From a virus, in the IMG/VR virus record IMGVR_UViG_3300032257_000009, positions 7,728 through 71,727 of that record: DNA of 64,000 nt; one strand, given 5' to 3'. This document shows, in pieces, positions 20,419 through 31,286 of the stretch. Within the stretch, counting starts at the first letter, position 1. Each line of letters starts with the position of its first letter. Position numbers and translations under genes: made by a program. The notes under the pieces are model-generated. The model saw nothing but the letters and a program-made list of their open reading frames with translations, was not told the DNA's origin and searched no databases.

Positions 20419-22926
20419 ATGATTCCTAGACATCCCATGAATATTATTAAGCTAACAGGAGAAGCTTATTTTGTAGCCCTTAGAAATTTTTATGATTCAT
20501 TGCCAGAATACGAATATGATGAATGCGTTGAAGCATCAATCGAATATTTTGAGGGAGATGACTTAGCAGGAAAGAAATTTATTGATAAATATGCTCTAAG
20601 AAAGCCAAACGGTATGTTTGTGGAAAAGACTCCAGAAGACATGCATCACAGATTGGCTTGGGAATTTTTTCGCATAGAAAGAAAAAAGTTCAAATCATCA
20701 ATGACCTATGAAGAGATATTTGGTCTCATGGATAAATTTAGATACATAGTTCCGCAAGGTTCTCCTATGTATGGAATTGGGAATCCTTATACATATATAA
20801 CTTTGTCAAATTGTTTTGTTATAGATTCTCCCGCGGATAGTATCTCTGGCATTATGCACTCAGATCAAGAATTAGCTCAAATATTCAAAAGACGAGGCGG
20901 TTGTGGTGTTAGTATTGAGTCATTGAGACCAAAAGATACAATCACTCATAATGCAGCAAAGACATCTACTGGTTCCATATCTTTTGCAGAGCGTTTTTCT
21001 AATACAACAAGAGAGATAGGACAGTCAGGTCGTCGAGGCGCATTGATGGAATCTACTAGCGTTCATCATCCAGATATTATGGAATTCATTACAGTCAAAA
21101 ATGATCTTGTTAAATTAACAGGAGCTAATATCTCAGTGAAACTTACTGATGAATTCCTAACGGCTGTAGATAGCAAAAAAGATTACGAACTTAGATTTCC
21201 AGTGGACTCAAAGAAGCCAGAAATAACCAGCAGGCTTCCTGCAAGTGATGTATGGGACGCTATCTGTGAAAATGCATGGAAAATGGCTGAGCCAGGGATC
21301 TTCTTCTGGGATAATATCATAAGAGAATCTCCTGCTGATTGCTATGCAGATTTAGGATATGAGACTATTTCAAGCAATCCTTGTGGAGAAGTTCCTCTTA
21401 GCGCCTACGACTCTTGTAGACTTATTGTTCAGAACTTATATTCATATGTTGTTGATCCATTTACTAAGGGTGCTTATTTTGATTATAAGCTATATGGAGA
21501 GCATGCTCAAATAACTCAGAGATTTATGGACAACATGGTAGACCTTGAGCTTGAGATGATTAATAGAATCATAGGCAAGATAATAAAAGATCCGGAAGAT
21601 GAGAATATCAAATCTGTAGAAATGAATCTATGGAAAAAGATTTATAAAACATGTAAATCAGGAAGAAGAACAGGAACAGGAATTACTGCTCTTGGAGATG
21701 CTATCGCTGCCTGTGGAATAAAGTATGATTCCAACAATGGAATAGCAATGACTGGAGAAATTTATAAAACTCTCAAATTGAATACCTATAGGTCTTCTGT
21801 TGATATGGCTAAAGAACTTGGAGCTTTCTCTATATGGGACTTCAAGAGGGAAAAGAAAAACCCATACCTTCTTAGGATAAAGAAAGAAGATCCAAGACTA
21901 TATAAGGACATGAAGAAGTATGGCCGTAGAAATATAGCTCTAATGACAACTGCTCCAACAGGCACTGTGTCTATGATGACACAGACATCAGGCGGCATAG
22001 AACCTGAATACTCTATTGATACATATACCAGAAGAGTGAAAGGCAATCCAGGAGATAAGAACTTTAGATCAGACTTTGTTGATGACAATGGTGATCACTG
22101 GATGGAGTTTGAAGTAATGAAGCCAAAGCTTAAGACTTGGATGCAGATTACAGGCGAAACAGATATAAAGAAATCTCCTTGGTCGGGGTCTTGTGCGCCA
22201 GAATTAGATTGGAAGAAGCGAGTAAGGATACAAGCTACCGCTCAACAACATGTAGATCACTCTATATCTAGTACAGTAAACCTTCCAGAAACCGCAACAG
22301 TAGATGATGTAAAAGACATTTATCTTGCGGCATGGAAGCATGGTTGCAAAGGAATTACCGTATACAGAGATGGCTCTCGTACAGGAGTTCTTATTAAGAA
22401 AGAGACAGAGAAGAAGCAAGAAATTATGTTCAACAATGCTCCAAAGCGTCCAAAGAAACTGGAAGCAAAGGTTTTCCATACTGTTTACAATGGAGACCCT
22501 TATTTTGTTATTGTTGGAATGCTCGATGGTCTGCCTTATGAGGTATTTGCTGGACATAACGGCTTTATTGCGGCAAAGACAAAAGAATGCGTTATAGAGA
22601 AAGTCAAGAGAGGACACTACAGGGCTCACATGGATAATGGAGATGTAGTAGAAAACCTAGGGGAGCATATAACGGACGGAGAAGCTTCTATTACTAGATT
22701 GCTATCGCTGTCACTGAGACATGGAGTTGACGTTAGATACGCTGTGCTGACTCTACAGAGCGTCCCAGGCGACATGCAGGGGTTTGGCAAGGTTGTCTCT
22801 CGAATATTGAAGAGATTCATAACAGACGGAACAACAGCAAGCGGCTTTGGCGACGATGGGAAGACTTATGTATTCTCTGAAGGTTGCGTAAAATGCTTAG
22901 AAGATGGAACAAGTTTTTGTAACTAA
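20419..22926 (+). CDS. nrdJ: Class II (adenosylcobalamin-dependent) ribonucleotide reductase
   Basis: LSNCFV, GRRGALM, ANISV, SNPCGE, TAPTGTVS, SISSTVN, KGITVYR; C-terminal CxxC..C; no adjacent beta subunit. Confidence 0.92.
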   Translation: MIPRHPMNIIKLTGEAYFVALRNFYDSLPEYEYDECVEASIEYFEGDDLAGKKFIDKYALRKPNGMFVEKTPEDMHHRLAWEFFRIERKKFKSSMTYEEIFGLMDKFRYIVPQGSPMYGIGNPYTYITLSNCFVIDSPADSISGIMHSDQELAQIFKRRGGCGVSIESLRPKDTITHNAAKTSTGSISFAERFSNTTREIGQSGRRGALMESTSVHHPDIMEFITVKNDLVKLTGANISVKLTDEFLTAVDSKKDYELRFPVDSKKPEITSRLPASDVWDAICENAWKMAEPGIFFWDNIIRESPADCYADLGYETISSNPCGEVPLSAYDSCRLIVQNLYSYVVDPFTKGAYFDYKLYGEHAQITQRFMDNMVDLELEMINRIIGKIIKDPEDENIKSVEMNLWKKIYKTCKSGRRTGTGITALGDAIAACGIKYDSNNGIAMTGEIYKTLKLNTYRSSVDMAKELGAFSIWDFKREKKNPYLLRIKKEDPRLYKDMKKYGRRNIALMTTAPTGTVSMMTQTSGGIEPEYSIDTYTRRVKGNPGDKNFRSDFVDDNGDHWMEFEVMKPKLKTWMQITGETDIKKSPWSGSCAPELDWKKRVRIQATAQQHVDHSISSTVNLPETATVDDVKDIYLAAWKHGCKGITVYRDGSRTGVLIKKETEKKQEIMFNNAPKRPKKLEAKVFHTVYNGDPYFVIVGMLDGLPYEVFAGHNGFIAAKTKECVIEKVKRGHYRAHMDNGDVVENLGEHITDGEASITRLLSLSLRHGVDVRYAVLTLQSVPGDMQGFGKVVSRILKRFITDGTTASGFGDDGKTYVFSEGCVKCLEDGTSFCN

Positions 22927-22947
22927 TAAAAGAAAGAAGAACCAAAA

Positions 22948-23397
22948 ATGAATATACAAGTTAAGAAATTGGATAAAGAAGCAGTAATCCCGATTAGAGC
23001 AAATGGAACAGATGCAGGATGGGACATAGTAGCGATTGACGATGGGACAGTAAAGAAAGACGAATTTGGTAATGTTTTATATATTCAGTATAGAACAGGA
23101 ATAGCCATTCAGCCTGACCCAGGATACCATACAGAACTATTTCCAAGGTCAAGCGTGACAAAAACTAATGTGTTTTTGGCAAACAGTATTGGCTTGATAG
23201 ACGAAGGCTATAGGGGAGAGGTTGTAGTAAGATTCAAGTCAGCTTCTCCGGTTATGGCTCATCCAGTGGCATATTCAAAAGGCGATAGAGTTGCTCAATT
23301 GGTTGTTCGAAAAACAATAAATGCTAATTTTATTGAAGTAGAAGAATTGGTAGAAACGGAACGGGGAGAAGGAGGATTCGGTTCTACAGGCAATTAA
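22948..23397 (+). CDS. dut: dUTPase (trimeric)
   Basis: AGWD, PRSS, GLIDEGYRGE, RVAQL, RGEGGFGSTG. Confidence 0.96.
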   Translation: MNIQVKKLDKEAVIPIRANGTDAGWDIVAIDDGTVKKDEFGNVLYIQYRTGIAIQPDPGYHTELFPRSSVTKTNVFLANSIGLIDEGYRGEVVVRFKSASPVMAHPVAYSKGDRVAQLVVRKTINANFIEVEELVETERGEGGFGSTGN

Positions 23398-23408
23398 TAT
23401 AACTACAT

Positions 23409-25196
23409 ATGGCGGATTTATCAACACAAAACGTAGTTGTTGTATACAGGGAATTCGATAGCGAAAGCGAAGAATTCGCAAACAGTTATAAAACTCTTCA
23501 TGATTTAGATGATGAGCAAGTTATCGCTATACCCTGTTCGTCTGTAGAAATACTGTCATCTTACGCTGAATTTCAAACAGAAGTTGAAGACCCGATTTTG
23601 GAAGAAATCTATGGGTCTTCTTCTGCATTGTCAGATAGAATAATATATGCTATTGTTCTTATGCCCAGAGTTCCTGGCGGATTCTATGATAATACAACAA
23701 TAGTCTCTTCAACCGCTCGTTTGTCTAGAATAAATTTTGCCTTTGATTCAGAAGAAAAAGGTGTTCTCAACCCACTTTATGATCCAAAGATTTTCGCAAG
23801 ATACGATGAAGCTTTTATAGACAAGGCTCTTATCTGTAGTAGGTTTGATTCTCCCACAGGAGCGATAACTCGTGAATGGTTCCAGAATAACGAGATAGCC
23901 GTTCAACAGCAATCTGTTTCTGGTAGTTTTTTCTATGACCCATATGCTGCAATATTTAGAGCAGGTTCAGAGGATTATGAAACCGAACTTGTTTCCTTCT
24001 TGAATGGACTAGCTCAGTCTCTTGGGCTGAATATAGAGGAGACTGTTAGAATAGACCCATATATTGATCCAATTTTGCCAAAAGTTGAAGATGACTCTTT
24101 CGTATGGCAATGGGGAGCAGACGAAAGCACTCTTTCGTTTTTCAAAACAAGCACAAGCTTGAGGGGATTTTTCTATAATGCAGATTTTTCAGGGGCAGAA
24201 ACAATTAGAGATATAGACTCAAGGAGTTGGCCTTTATTAGCAATAAGAAGCGGGTATGTTGCGACAGCAGGAGCTATGTCTGACGAAGGGGTTGATATAT
24301 TTCTTAGGCCATTCCCATTCTTCAATGCATTATTTAGAGGAGCTAGCCTTGGAGAAGCATTCTTATTCTCTCAACCAAAACTAAATACCTCAATGGCTTG
24401 TTTCGGAGATCCTCTTCTTAGATTTGTATTCCCATTGCTATCGAATGAAAGCAACCTTACACAGGAAGACGATGCATGGGAGTTGATAGGAGATTGTTTC
24501 GCAAGAGCAATAGCCTCCAATTTTAGAAAAAGCAATATATTGAAGCAAATGAGAGATGATATTTTATCAGGGACAGATACTGATGTTATATTAGATCTTG
24601 CTCAATCAGCTAATCGCCTAGGTAAGGTTTATGAAGATCCAGATTGGAGAAATGACTACAATCATCTTGTTAAAGCATATATCAGTCTAGCGGTTGAGAG
24701 AAATGCTACCTCATTTCCAGCTCATTACCCATTTTTGAATGATTATTTAGATGAAACTGGTAAGAAGATGAGCGAAATAGTTCTCGATGCATCTCAGAAT
24801 AATGTATTGAAAAATTCAATAAATGAAATACATCTAAGAGAAGAAGGATCATGGGAATTTGAATTTGTTCTAGAACACCCTGACGAAGAGAATTTTGCCT
24901 TCTACCAGTTTGAACTAGATATATCAACAACAGAAGACTTTGATGCCGATAATATAGTTATAAGCAAGCAAACTATATCATCTGTAAATAACTGGCAAAG
25001 ACAGAATGAAGATGATGTATACGAACAAATGAGTACAAATGGGGTCACATCCAACTTTGAAGGCAAAAAAATAAGATATACCAATGAAGAGGGAGAAGAG
25101 CTGGAAAGAGGATTATTCTATTATTTTCGAGTAAGACAGAAAGATCAGCTAACAAATTATCCATATAGGACCTTCAGACAGATTATTTACAGATGA
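23409..25196 (+). CDS. TIGR03790-like protein with C-terminal beta-rich domain
   Basis: NVVVVY..SESEEFANSY, GASLGEAF and FGDPL patterns. Confidence 0.6.
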   Translation: MADLSTQNVVVVYREFDSESEEFANSYKTLHDLDDEQVIAIPCSSVEILSSYAEFQTEVEDPILEEIYGSSSALSDRIIYAIVLMPRVPGGFYDNTTIVSSTARLSRINFAFDSEEKGVLNPLYDPKIFARYDEAFIDKALICSRFDSPTGAITREWFQNNEIAVQQQSVSGSFFYDPYAAIFRAGSEDYETELVSFLNGLAQSLGLNIEETVRIDPYIDPILPKVEDDSFVWQWGADESTLSFFKTSTSLRGFFYNADFSGAETIRDIDSRSWPLLAIRSGYVATAGAMSDEGVDIFLRPFPFFNALFRGASLGEAFLFSQPKLNTSMACFGDPLLRFVFPLLSNESNLTQEDDAWELIGDCFARAIASNFRKSNILKQMRDDILSGTDTDVILDLAQSANRLGKVYEDPDWRNDYNHLVKAYISLAVERNATSFPAHYPFLNDYLDETGKKMSEIVLDASQNNVLKNSINEIHLREEGSWEFEFVLEHPDEENFAFYQFELDISTTEDFDADNIVISKQTISSVNNWQRQNEDDVYEQMSTNGVTSNFEGKKIRYTNEEGEELERGLFYYFRVRQKDQLTNYPYRTFRQIIYR

Positions 25197-25660
25197 TAGG
25201 AACATACAACTATAGATTGGTTACAGAAACCCTTGCTGAGTCTCAAGATTTGGGATCAGATGCTTTGAGTAATCTTATTTGCATGAGGAATGAGCTTCTT
25301 GGTTCAGATATAAATCAATATAATAGGTTTAGAAGAAACTTACTAAATACTATAGATGGAACATATAATTATATAGCTCTAAAGCATTTCAATCTATCTA
25401 GACCAATGCAGAAATTTGTTAGAAATCTACAAGATCATGTTTTGAAGCATTACGGAGAAGAATTTGGATATACGACTATAAATGAATTTCTTATAGATCA
25501 ATATATACAGGTTCCTCAAACGTTTGCTGATATATCAGGCTTTCTTGGGTATCCAATTACAGAAGTTGGAGCAAAAGCAGCAAGGTGGAAAGACTTAGAT
25601 GATGTTCAGTGGAACGAAATAGATTTGTCATGGCAAAGAATAGGTTGGGAAAACCTTTGA
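25193..25660 (+). CDS. Hypothetical protein
   Basis: 155 aa; overlapping operon arrangement. Confidence 0.6.
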   Translation: MIGTYNYRLVTETLAESQDLGSDALSNLICMRNELLGSDINQYNRFRRNLLNTIDGTYNYIALKHFNLSRPMQKFVRNLQDHVLKHYGEEFGYTTINEFLIDQYIQVPQTFADISGFLGYPITEVGAKAARWKDLDDVQWNEIDLSWQRIGWENL

Positions 25661-25671
25661 AGGGGAAATAA

Positions 25672-26220
25672 ATGGCTTCAGATATATCAGCAGAAACACC
25701 AGCGAATACATATAAAGACTTATTGCATATTAATAATAATGGAGCAGGCCTTGATGGTACGCCAAAAAATATATATGCAGGTGGTGGTGTCGCAACTACT
25801 GTCAATATATCTACCACTCAAGTTTATGGAGATGCTGGCGATGGCGTTTGGGAAAACGTTATTCTTCAAGATCATAAAACAAAACATTTAGATAAGGGAA
25901 GTGTAGGTGATGCAACGGCAAACCCTACTGAGATAGATTTATCTCTTGCTTCTTCTGTCAAGATAACTCTTACTGATAATATATCAGCTATATCGCTTTT
26001 GAATGCTCCAGCAACAAACGATCATTATGAATTAACAATAATCTCAGTTCAAGGCAGCGGTCCTTTTACAATAACTTGGCCTACTTCTGTTAAGTGGCCT
26101 GGAGCAGTAGCTCCTACATTATCTTCCGCCAGTGGTCGGGCAGACATTTTTAGAATGTTTACTGTTGATCAGGGGACTACATGGATCGCATGGACCGTTG
26201 GGCAAGATTATGCAATCTAA
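25672..26220 (+). CDS. Virion fibre/decoration-type beta-sandwich protein
   Basis: TWPTSVKWPGAVAPTLS..ADI...D.GTTW pattern seen at the ends of phage fibre proteins. Confidence 0.6.
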   Translation: MASDISAETPANTYKDLLHINNNGAGLDGTPKNIYAGGGVATTVNISTTQVYGDAGDGVWENVILQDHKTKHLDKGSVGDATANPTEIDLSLASSVKITLTDNISAISLLNAPATNDHYELTIISVQGSGPFTITWPTSVKWPGAVAPTLSSASGRADIFRMFTVDQGTTWIAWTVGQDYAI

Positions 26221-26234
26221 AAGAAAGAACTAGT

Positions 26235-28145
26235 ATGGCTAAGAAAAATACAAACCTATCAGAATCTTTGCGTCAAATAAAAAATGATATAAAGGCTGAT
26301 AATGTAAAAAGAAAATTTGGAATCAAGCTGCCAAGCATTTTGGAGTTTGTTGAAGAAGAAAAATGGTTAGGTTTTGCTCACTATCCCAACCCTATTACTT
26401 TATATCCCTTTCAGCAAATAATGTTGAAATGTTTTTATAGAAACTCTGATGGCAACAAAGATTTGAAGTTGACGACAGAAGAAATACAAATGATAAAGGA
26501 CAGCGGCCTTGACGATGAATCTGCTGGAGATCTTTTAGAAAAATGGGATAATGACGAAGTATTCAGAGAACTTGTTCTCGTTTGGGGTCGTCGTAGCGGA
26601 AAAGACTTTATTGTTTCTATTGTTGCTCTTTATGAGGCTATGAGATTGTTAGAGACTCCAGGCGGAAATCCTTATGCAACATATAACTTAGGCCAAGCGG
26701 CTCCGATGACTATTCTTACAATAGCGAACTCGTCTGCTCAGGCTAAGATTTTATTTAGAGAAATGAGACAGAAAATTCAAATGTCTCCATACTTTGATGA
26801 CAAAGTAGGTAAGATAACTGATGACAGAATCTATCTTCTTACTCCTTCTGATAAAGAAGCTAATAAAAGAAACGTTGAGAAGGGCCTTCCCACACAACCA
26901 GGTTCTGTACAGATAGTAGCAGGTCATTCCAACTCTAGCTCGCTTGTTGGTCTTTCTTGTTTCGCTATCATCTTTGACGAAATTGGTATCTACAAAAATA
27001 CAGCAGGATCTTCTTCAGGAGACCAGCTATATCACAACCTTACTCCTGCAACAAAAACTTACGTAAGAAAAGAATTCATATTAGATGATAAAGGGGATAA
27101 GGTTTTACTTGCAGATGGGACAGAAGAAACAAAATCTGTTATGGACGGTAGAGTTATCTGTATCTCAACTCCTCGTGGTAAAGAGGGTATATTCTATGAT
27201 CTATATAGTAAGTCGCATAATGTGGACCATAGATTTATGATGAAGGCTCCAACATGGGTCATTAATCCTCATTTGCCGAAATCACTATTACTTGCTGAAT
27301 CTCCAGAAATGTCGGATTCCAAGTTTGGTATGGAGTATGGCGCTGAGTTCTTTGGAACAGCAGGCGAAGCATTCTTCCCTAGAGATAAAATAGAAGATTG
27401 TTTCAAGAGACATCATCTAAAAATTGTAAATCATGGGCAGCCAGGGTATACTTATTTTGCCCACTTAGACCCTGCGACATCAAGTCATAATTATGCATTA
27501 GCTATTGTCCATCAAGAATCTTTCTTCAATGAAGAGACTCAGCGTATGGACTTTAGGGTTGTTGCAGATCATATTGCCCACTGGACTCCAATGGGAGAAA
27601 GAGTTATTCCAGTAGAAGAAGTTGATAATTATGTTATTGAAATGAATAAGAGATTTCATTTAGGAGAAGTTACTTATGACCTTTGGAATAGTAAAGAGAG
27701 TATATATAAACTAAGGAAGCAAGGCATACCTGCCAAGCAAACACCCTTTACTAGGCAGTATAAACAGGAAATATATGACAATATGTATCAGCTTATTATT
27801 AGTAATAGGCTGCTAATTCCTAGATATAAATTATTAGAAAATGAAATGATAAATCTTCAAAGAAGATGGATGGGTAATTCCTACAAAGTTATGCCAAAAA
27901 TAGATTCTGATTGTAATACGGACGATATTATTGATGCTTTGGCGGGGGCTTGCTATAACATTAGTCAAAAAACAACTAGAGGATTACCTTTAGGAAAACT
28001 TGTAGATATGCCTGTGTCTCCTCAATCTGGGGCAATAACATGGCGTTCAATGCAGGGTACTCCGTATGGAACAGGCTCTGGCAGTAAGGTAGCAAAAGAT
28101 ATGGCGAATCGTTCAGGGGCGCATCCCTTCAATCGTCCAAACTAA
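26235..28145 (+). CDS. terL: Terminase large subunit
   Basis: Q-motif YPFQ, Walker A GRRSGKD, Walker B IIFDE, motif III ISTP, nuclease HLDPA and DDIIDALA. Confidence 0.92.
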   Translation: MAKKNTNLSESLRQIKNDIKADNVKRKFGIKLPSILEFVEEEKWLGFAHYPNPITLYPFQQIMLKCFYRNSDGNKDLKLTTEEIQMIKDSGLDDESAGDLLEKWDNDEVFRELVLVWGRRSGKDFIVSIVALYEAMRLLETPGGNPYATYNLGQAAPMTILTIANSSAQAKILFREMRQKIQMSPYFDDKVGKITDDRIYLLTPSDKEANKRNVEKGLPTQPGSVQIVAGHSNSSSLVGLSCFAIIFDEIGIYKNTAGSSSGDQLYHNLTPATKTYVRKEFILDDKGDKVLLADGTEETKSVMDGRVICISTPRGKEGIFYDLYSKSHNVDHRFMMKAPTWVINPHLPKSLLLAESPEMSDSKFGMEYGAEFFGTAGEAFFPRDKIEDCFKRHHLKIVNHGQPGYTYFAHLDPATSSHNYALAIVHQESFFNEETQRMDFRVVADHIAHWTPMGERVIPVEEVDNYVIEMNKRFHLGEVTYDLWNSKESIYKLRKQGIPAKQTPFTRQYKQEIYDNMYQLIISNRLLIPRYKLLENEMINLQRRWMGNSYKVMPKIDSDCNTDDIIDALAGACYNISQKTTRGLPLGKLVDMPVSPQSGAITWRSMQGTPYGTGSGSKVAKDMANRSGAHPFNRPN

Positions 28146-28154
28146 GGAGAGAAT

Positions 28155-28832
28155 ATGTCAGGCTTTAACTTGAAAACAGAAAAAACAGCACAAGAAAAAA
28201 TACATGATAAGCAACTAGAAGATCAAAGGTCCGACATTGAATCCAATGATGGGTCTCAAATACATGAGAAGATCATAGAAGACTCTAGAGGTGAAGGGCA
28301 GGGATCTGAATTAGATATTCCTGCTGAAACTCAAATGTCAAAGGTTCATGAAACTCTGAAGCAAGCCGAGCAGCTTACTGAAGGGCAGCTTACTGAGAGA
28401 GATAGTTATCAAACTCATAGGGATGAACTTGTTGATGATCATATTATGAAACCAATGGATGCGATGGCTGAAGCTAATTTCCAAAGAAAAGAAGAGGCAT
28501 ACTCTTCTTCTGACAAAGAAGACACTAAGTTCTGGGATGACTTTGTTGGGGTTCAGCTAGAGGGAGATGCTCATAAGGTTATCGCTTCAGACCCAGCAGA
28601 GGGAAGCCAATTGAATAACCAAACAGGAAGATTCAAGGGAGTTCTTGCTTCTAGCGATAATGTCAAGACAGCTTCTATACAGGAATTAGATGAAGCTATT
28701 TTTGGTATATTTTACAAATCTGCTTCAGAAAAAAGAGAACTAACAGAAGAAGAGGGAGAAGACCTTATCGCTCTGTCTTCTGTTAAGGTCGGAATATTGT
28801 CAAGCATACAAGATATATCAGAAAGCGAATAA
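28155..28832 (+). CDS. Acidic head-associated protein (FNLK..KTAQ leader)
   Basis: SD AAGGAG; repeated (I/L)xExQ(L/M) motif; KTAQ, KTAS, KSAS. Confidence 0.65.
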   Translation: MSGFNLKTEKTAQEKIHDKQLEDQRSDIESNDGSQIHEKIIEDSRGEGQGSELDIPAETQMSKVHETLKQAEQLTEGQLTERDSYQTHRDELVDDHIMKPMDAMAEANFQRKEEAYSSSDKEDTKFWDDFVGVQLEGDAHKVIASDPAEGSQLNNQTGRFKGVLASSDNVKTASIQELDEAIFGIFYKSASEKRELTEEEGEDLIALSSVKVGILSSIQDISESE

Positions 28833-29410
28833 TGTCATTCAATTTGAAAAGATATAAATATTCTCGTCGAGGAGAAGAACCTTCAGAGGTTTTTACTCGT
28901 CCGTTTTTTAGAGAAAGAGATGTTTATGATACAACTCGATTACCTAATGATGGAAAAGGCTACAAACATACCACGATGATGAGTGAAGGTATGCCTGGAG
29001 AACCTGGCGATATTGCTGCTCCTTCTGGTGGCTCTCGAACAAGAGATGGCTCTCCGGAGCCAGACGACTATTCAAGGTATAATCCAGATGGCAGAGAAGA
29101 CTCTCAGGATGCAAAGAATAAATTGCCTTCTGATACAGAACCAGATCAGCCATTCGGAAACGGATCAGGGTCTCAATATAATGAAGGTACTCAAACGGAC
29201 TATGGCACAGCAGGTCACGAGGGAACTAATAGGGAGCCAAGCGATTCTCCTATGAGTATTGAGAGAACCGTTGAGAGAAAGCTTGGCCCTGGCGGTGAAT
29301 TGGATAGAAAACCAACAATAACAGAAATGCCAAAGAAGAACCCGTTCAACAAATCGTTGAATAATGACGATACACCACTTAGACGTGTTAGAAGATTACA
29401 AAGGAGATAA
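28832..29410 (+). CDS. Disordered head-associated protein (MSFNLKR leader)
   Basis: G/P/D-rich 192-aa ORF. Confidence 0.6.
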   Translation: MSFNLKRYKYSRRGEEPSEVFTRPFFRERDVYDTTRLPNDGKGYKHTTMMSEGMPGEPGDIAAPSGGSRTRDGSPEPDDYSRYNPDGREDSQDAKNKLPSDTEPDQPFGNGSGSQYNEGTQTDYGTAGHEGTNREPSDSPMSIERTVERKLGPGGELDRKPTITEMPKKNPFNKSLNNDDTPLRRVRRLQRR

Positions 29411-29413
29411 AAC

Positions 29414-30142
29414 ATGCAGTTAAGAGTTTCTGAAAAAGTAAAAGGCGAATTATTCGTAAAAGAATTGGGCAAGACATTTAGAAAGGGGTCGAAGATTCCT
29501 ATGTCTCAAGACCAATACAGCGCCTCAGCTACACAAGCCGCAATAAGAGCAGGATTTTTAGAAGTTATTGAGGGTGAAACCAAAGTAAAGCTAAAAGGGA
29601 AATATTACAAGAATATACACAAGAATGCAATATCTTTTAGATGTATAGATATGAGCGTTCCTTCAGGTTCTGTCTTCTTTGTTTCCGATCAAGTCACTGA
29701 TGATCAAGAGATTTGGCTTGCTGAGCAAAAAGAAAGAATCGAAGAAGTAAATGCCAAAGAAATGATTGCTCCAAAGAAAAAGAAATCATCGAAAAAGACT
29801 CCTGCAAAGAAGAAAAAAGAAGCAGCAGTAGCTGAAGAAGATTCGTTGGTTGAAGAAGAAACATCCGTAAAAGCAGATCAGGGTCCTGAGACAAAGTTAC
29901 CGGAAGAAGAGGAAGTAGAAAACCCAGAAGGTTCATATGTCCACGATCCAAGAGAAGATGCTGAACCAATGAAAATTAGAAGAGTAAGGAAGCCTGATAC
30001 AACATGGGCTGATGATACTAAAGAAGAAGTAATCAAAGAGACTACTGACTTATTCGAAGAAGACGGTGCAGATTTGAACTTCGTAGATAATCCTACAGCC
30101 AAAGATTTGAACTTTGTAGATAATAATGGAGAAGTGAGTTAA
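29414..30142 (+). CDS. Hypothetical protein with two small N-terminal repeat domains and a charged tail
   Basis: SD AGGAG; C-terminal DLNFVDN duplication. Confidence 0.6.
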   Translation: MQLRVSEKVKGELFVKELGKTFRKGSKIPMSQDQYSASATQAAIRAGFLEVIEGETKVKLKGKYYKNIHKNAISFRCIDMSVPSGSVFFVSDQVTDDQEIWLAEQKERIEEVNAKEMIAPKKKKSSKKTPAKKKKEAAVAEEDSLVEEETSVKADQGPETKLPEEEEVENPEGSYVHDPREDAEPMKIRRVRKPDTTWADDTKEEVIKETTDLFEEDGADLNFVDNPTAKDLNFVDNNGEVS

Positions 30143-30144
30143 TA

Positions 30145-30873
30145 TTGCATAATATTATTCTAAAAGAACTAAGAGTATTGGGCGTGTCTGTGGCAGATGG
30201 TAAATATCATATGTCGGGCAAGTCTTTTTCTCGTGAAGAACTTTTTGAAAATATAAGAAGCACTACAAAGAAGAGAAAAAGATTGCTTTGGACAATGTGG
30301 CATGAAGTAGCTATGGAACTAACTTCTGATGCGACAAACTCCTCTCCAACTGATTCTATTAGGAAATTATTTGTATCATCTCTACATGACCTATATACTC
30401 TCTCATGTTGTTTTGATGAGCTTGATAAGTGTAATGTTGTGAAAGCAATAAAAGTTTCATTGGATAAAGATATTGAGTCCTTTTCGTCTATATCTATGTC
30501 TAATGTAATAGACTACGCTCTTAGTATAGAATGGTTGAACCATCTTATAAGAAGAGATTTATATACAATTGCGTTAATAACTAAACTGAGCGAGTCGTTA
30601 CAGACTGAAGCTACTGGCGTGGCAGGTCCTTGGTCCAGAACTGATGTTCCTATGCAGGAAAGAGTTTTCAAATGGGATCAGGTTGCTGGAGAAACTGCTG
30701 GTAGAGCGATGGACCGTAGAAATCAAAGAAGATATCGTCAAGGTTTTGAAGGTTATAAAGATCTTTGGCCCAACGAAGGTACTTATTGGAGAGAGATTCG
30801 CAATGAGCCGTATAAATTTGATGACAAAGATTCAAATCCTTATCCACATAGAAATACTTTATGGAGTTCCTAA
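30145..30873 (+). CDS. Hypothetical protein
   Basis: 242 aa; TTG start. Confidence 0.6.
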   Translation: MHNIILKELRVLGVSVADGKYHMSGKSFSREELFENIRSTTKKRKRLLWTMWHEVAMELTSDATNSSPTDSIRKLFVSSLHDLYTLSCCFDELDKCNVVKAIKVSLDKDIESFSSISMSNVIDYALSIEWLNHLIRRDLYTIALITKLSESLQTEATGVAGPWSRTDVPMQERVFKWDQVAGETAGRAMDRRNQRRYRQGFEGYKDLWPNEGTYWREIRNEPYKFDDKDSNPYPHRNTLWSS

Positions 30874-31286
30874 TGAATGATAGCAATTTAGAAAAATCAG
30901 CACAAACATCTCTTTTTGATTTCTTACTAGACTCAATTCCTGAATTGCAGTTCATAAGGAATAAGAAGAATGGCCCAAGTTCTGTAGAGAGATCTCTTTA
31001 TAGCTTATGGTCAGATGCTGAAAATCAGATAAACTCCAGAAAGTTTCAAAAGCCAATAGGGATGGATGATGCAGTTGTTATGCAATTAGAATCTTCTGGC
31101 CTTGTTGAAGTGCATAATAAGAATATAAAAGTAACGAATAAGGGAGCTAACGCTATACAGAAAATCATTTTGAATGAAGAGACATCTATCTTTGAGAAGT
31201 CAGCAAGTCAAAATGGTATAGTAAAAGTTGCATCTATTCAGAATAATATATCGAGAGATACATGGTATCAGAGAATCAGAAACTAA
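30873..31286 (+). CDS. Hypothetical protein (winged-helix-like core; KSAQ/KSAS/KVAS motifs)
   Basis: LESSGLVE..IKVTNKG wHTH-like pattern. Confidence 0.55.
   Translation: MNDSNLEKSAQTSLFDFLLDSIPELQFIRNKKNGPSSVERSLYSLWSDAENQINSRKFQKPIGMDDAVVMQLESSGLVEVHNKNIKVTNKGANAIQKIILNEETSIFEKSASQNGIVKVASIQNNISRDTWYQRIRN

Noticed and set aside
20419-28145. Inteins or introns in RNR and terminase
   Set aside because: Protein lengths are normal, and no C...HN splice motifs or LAGLIDADG insertions are visible.
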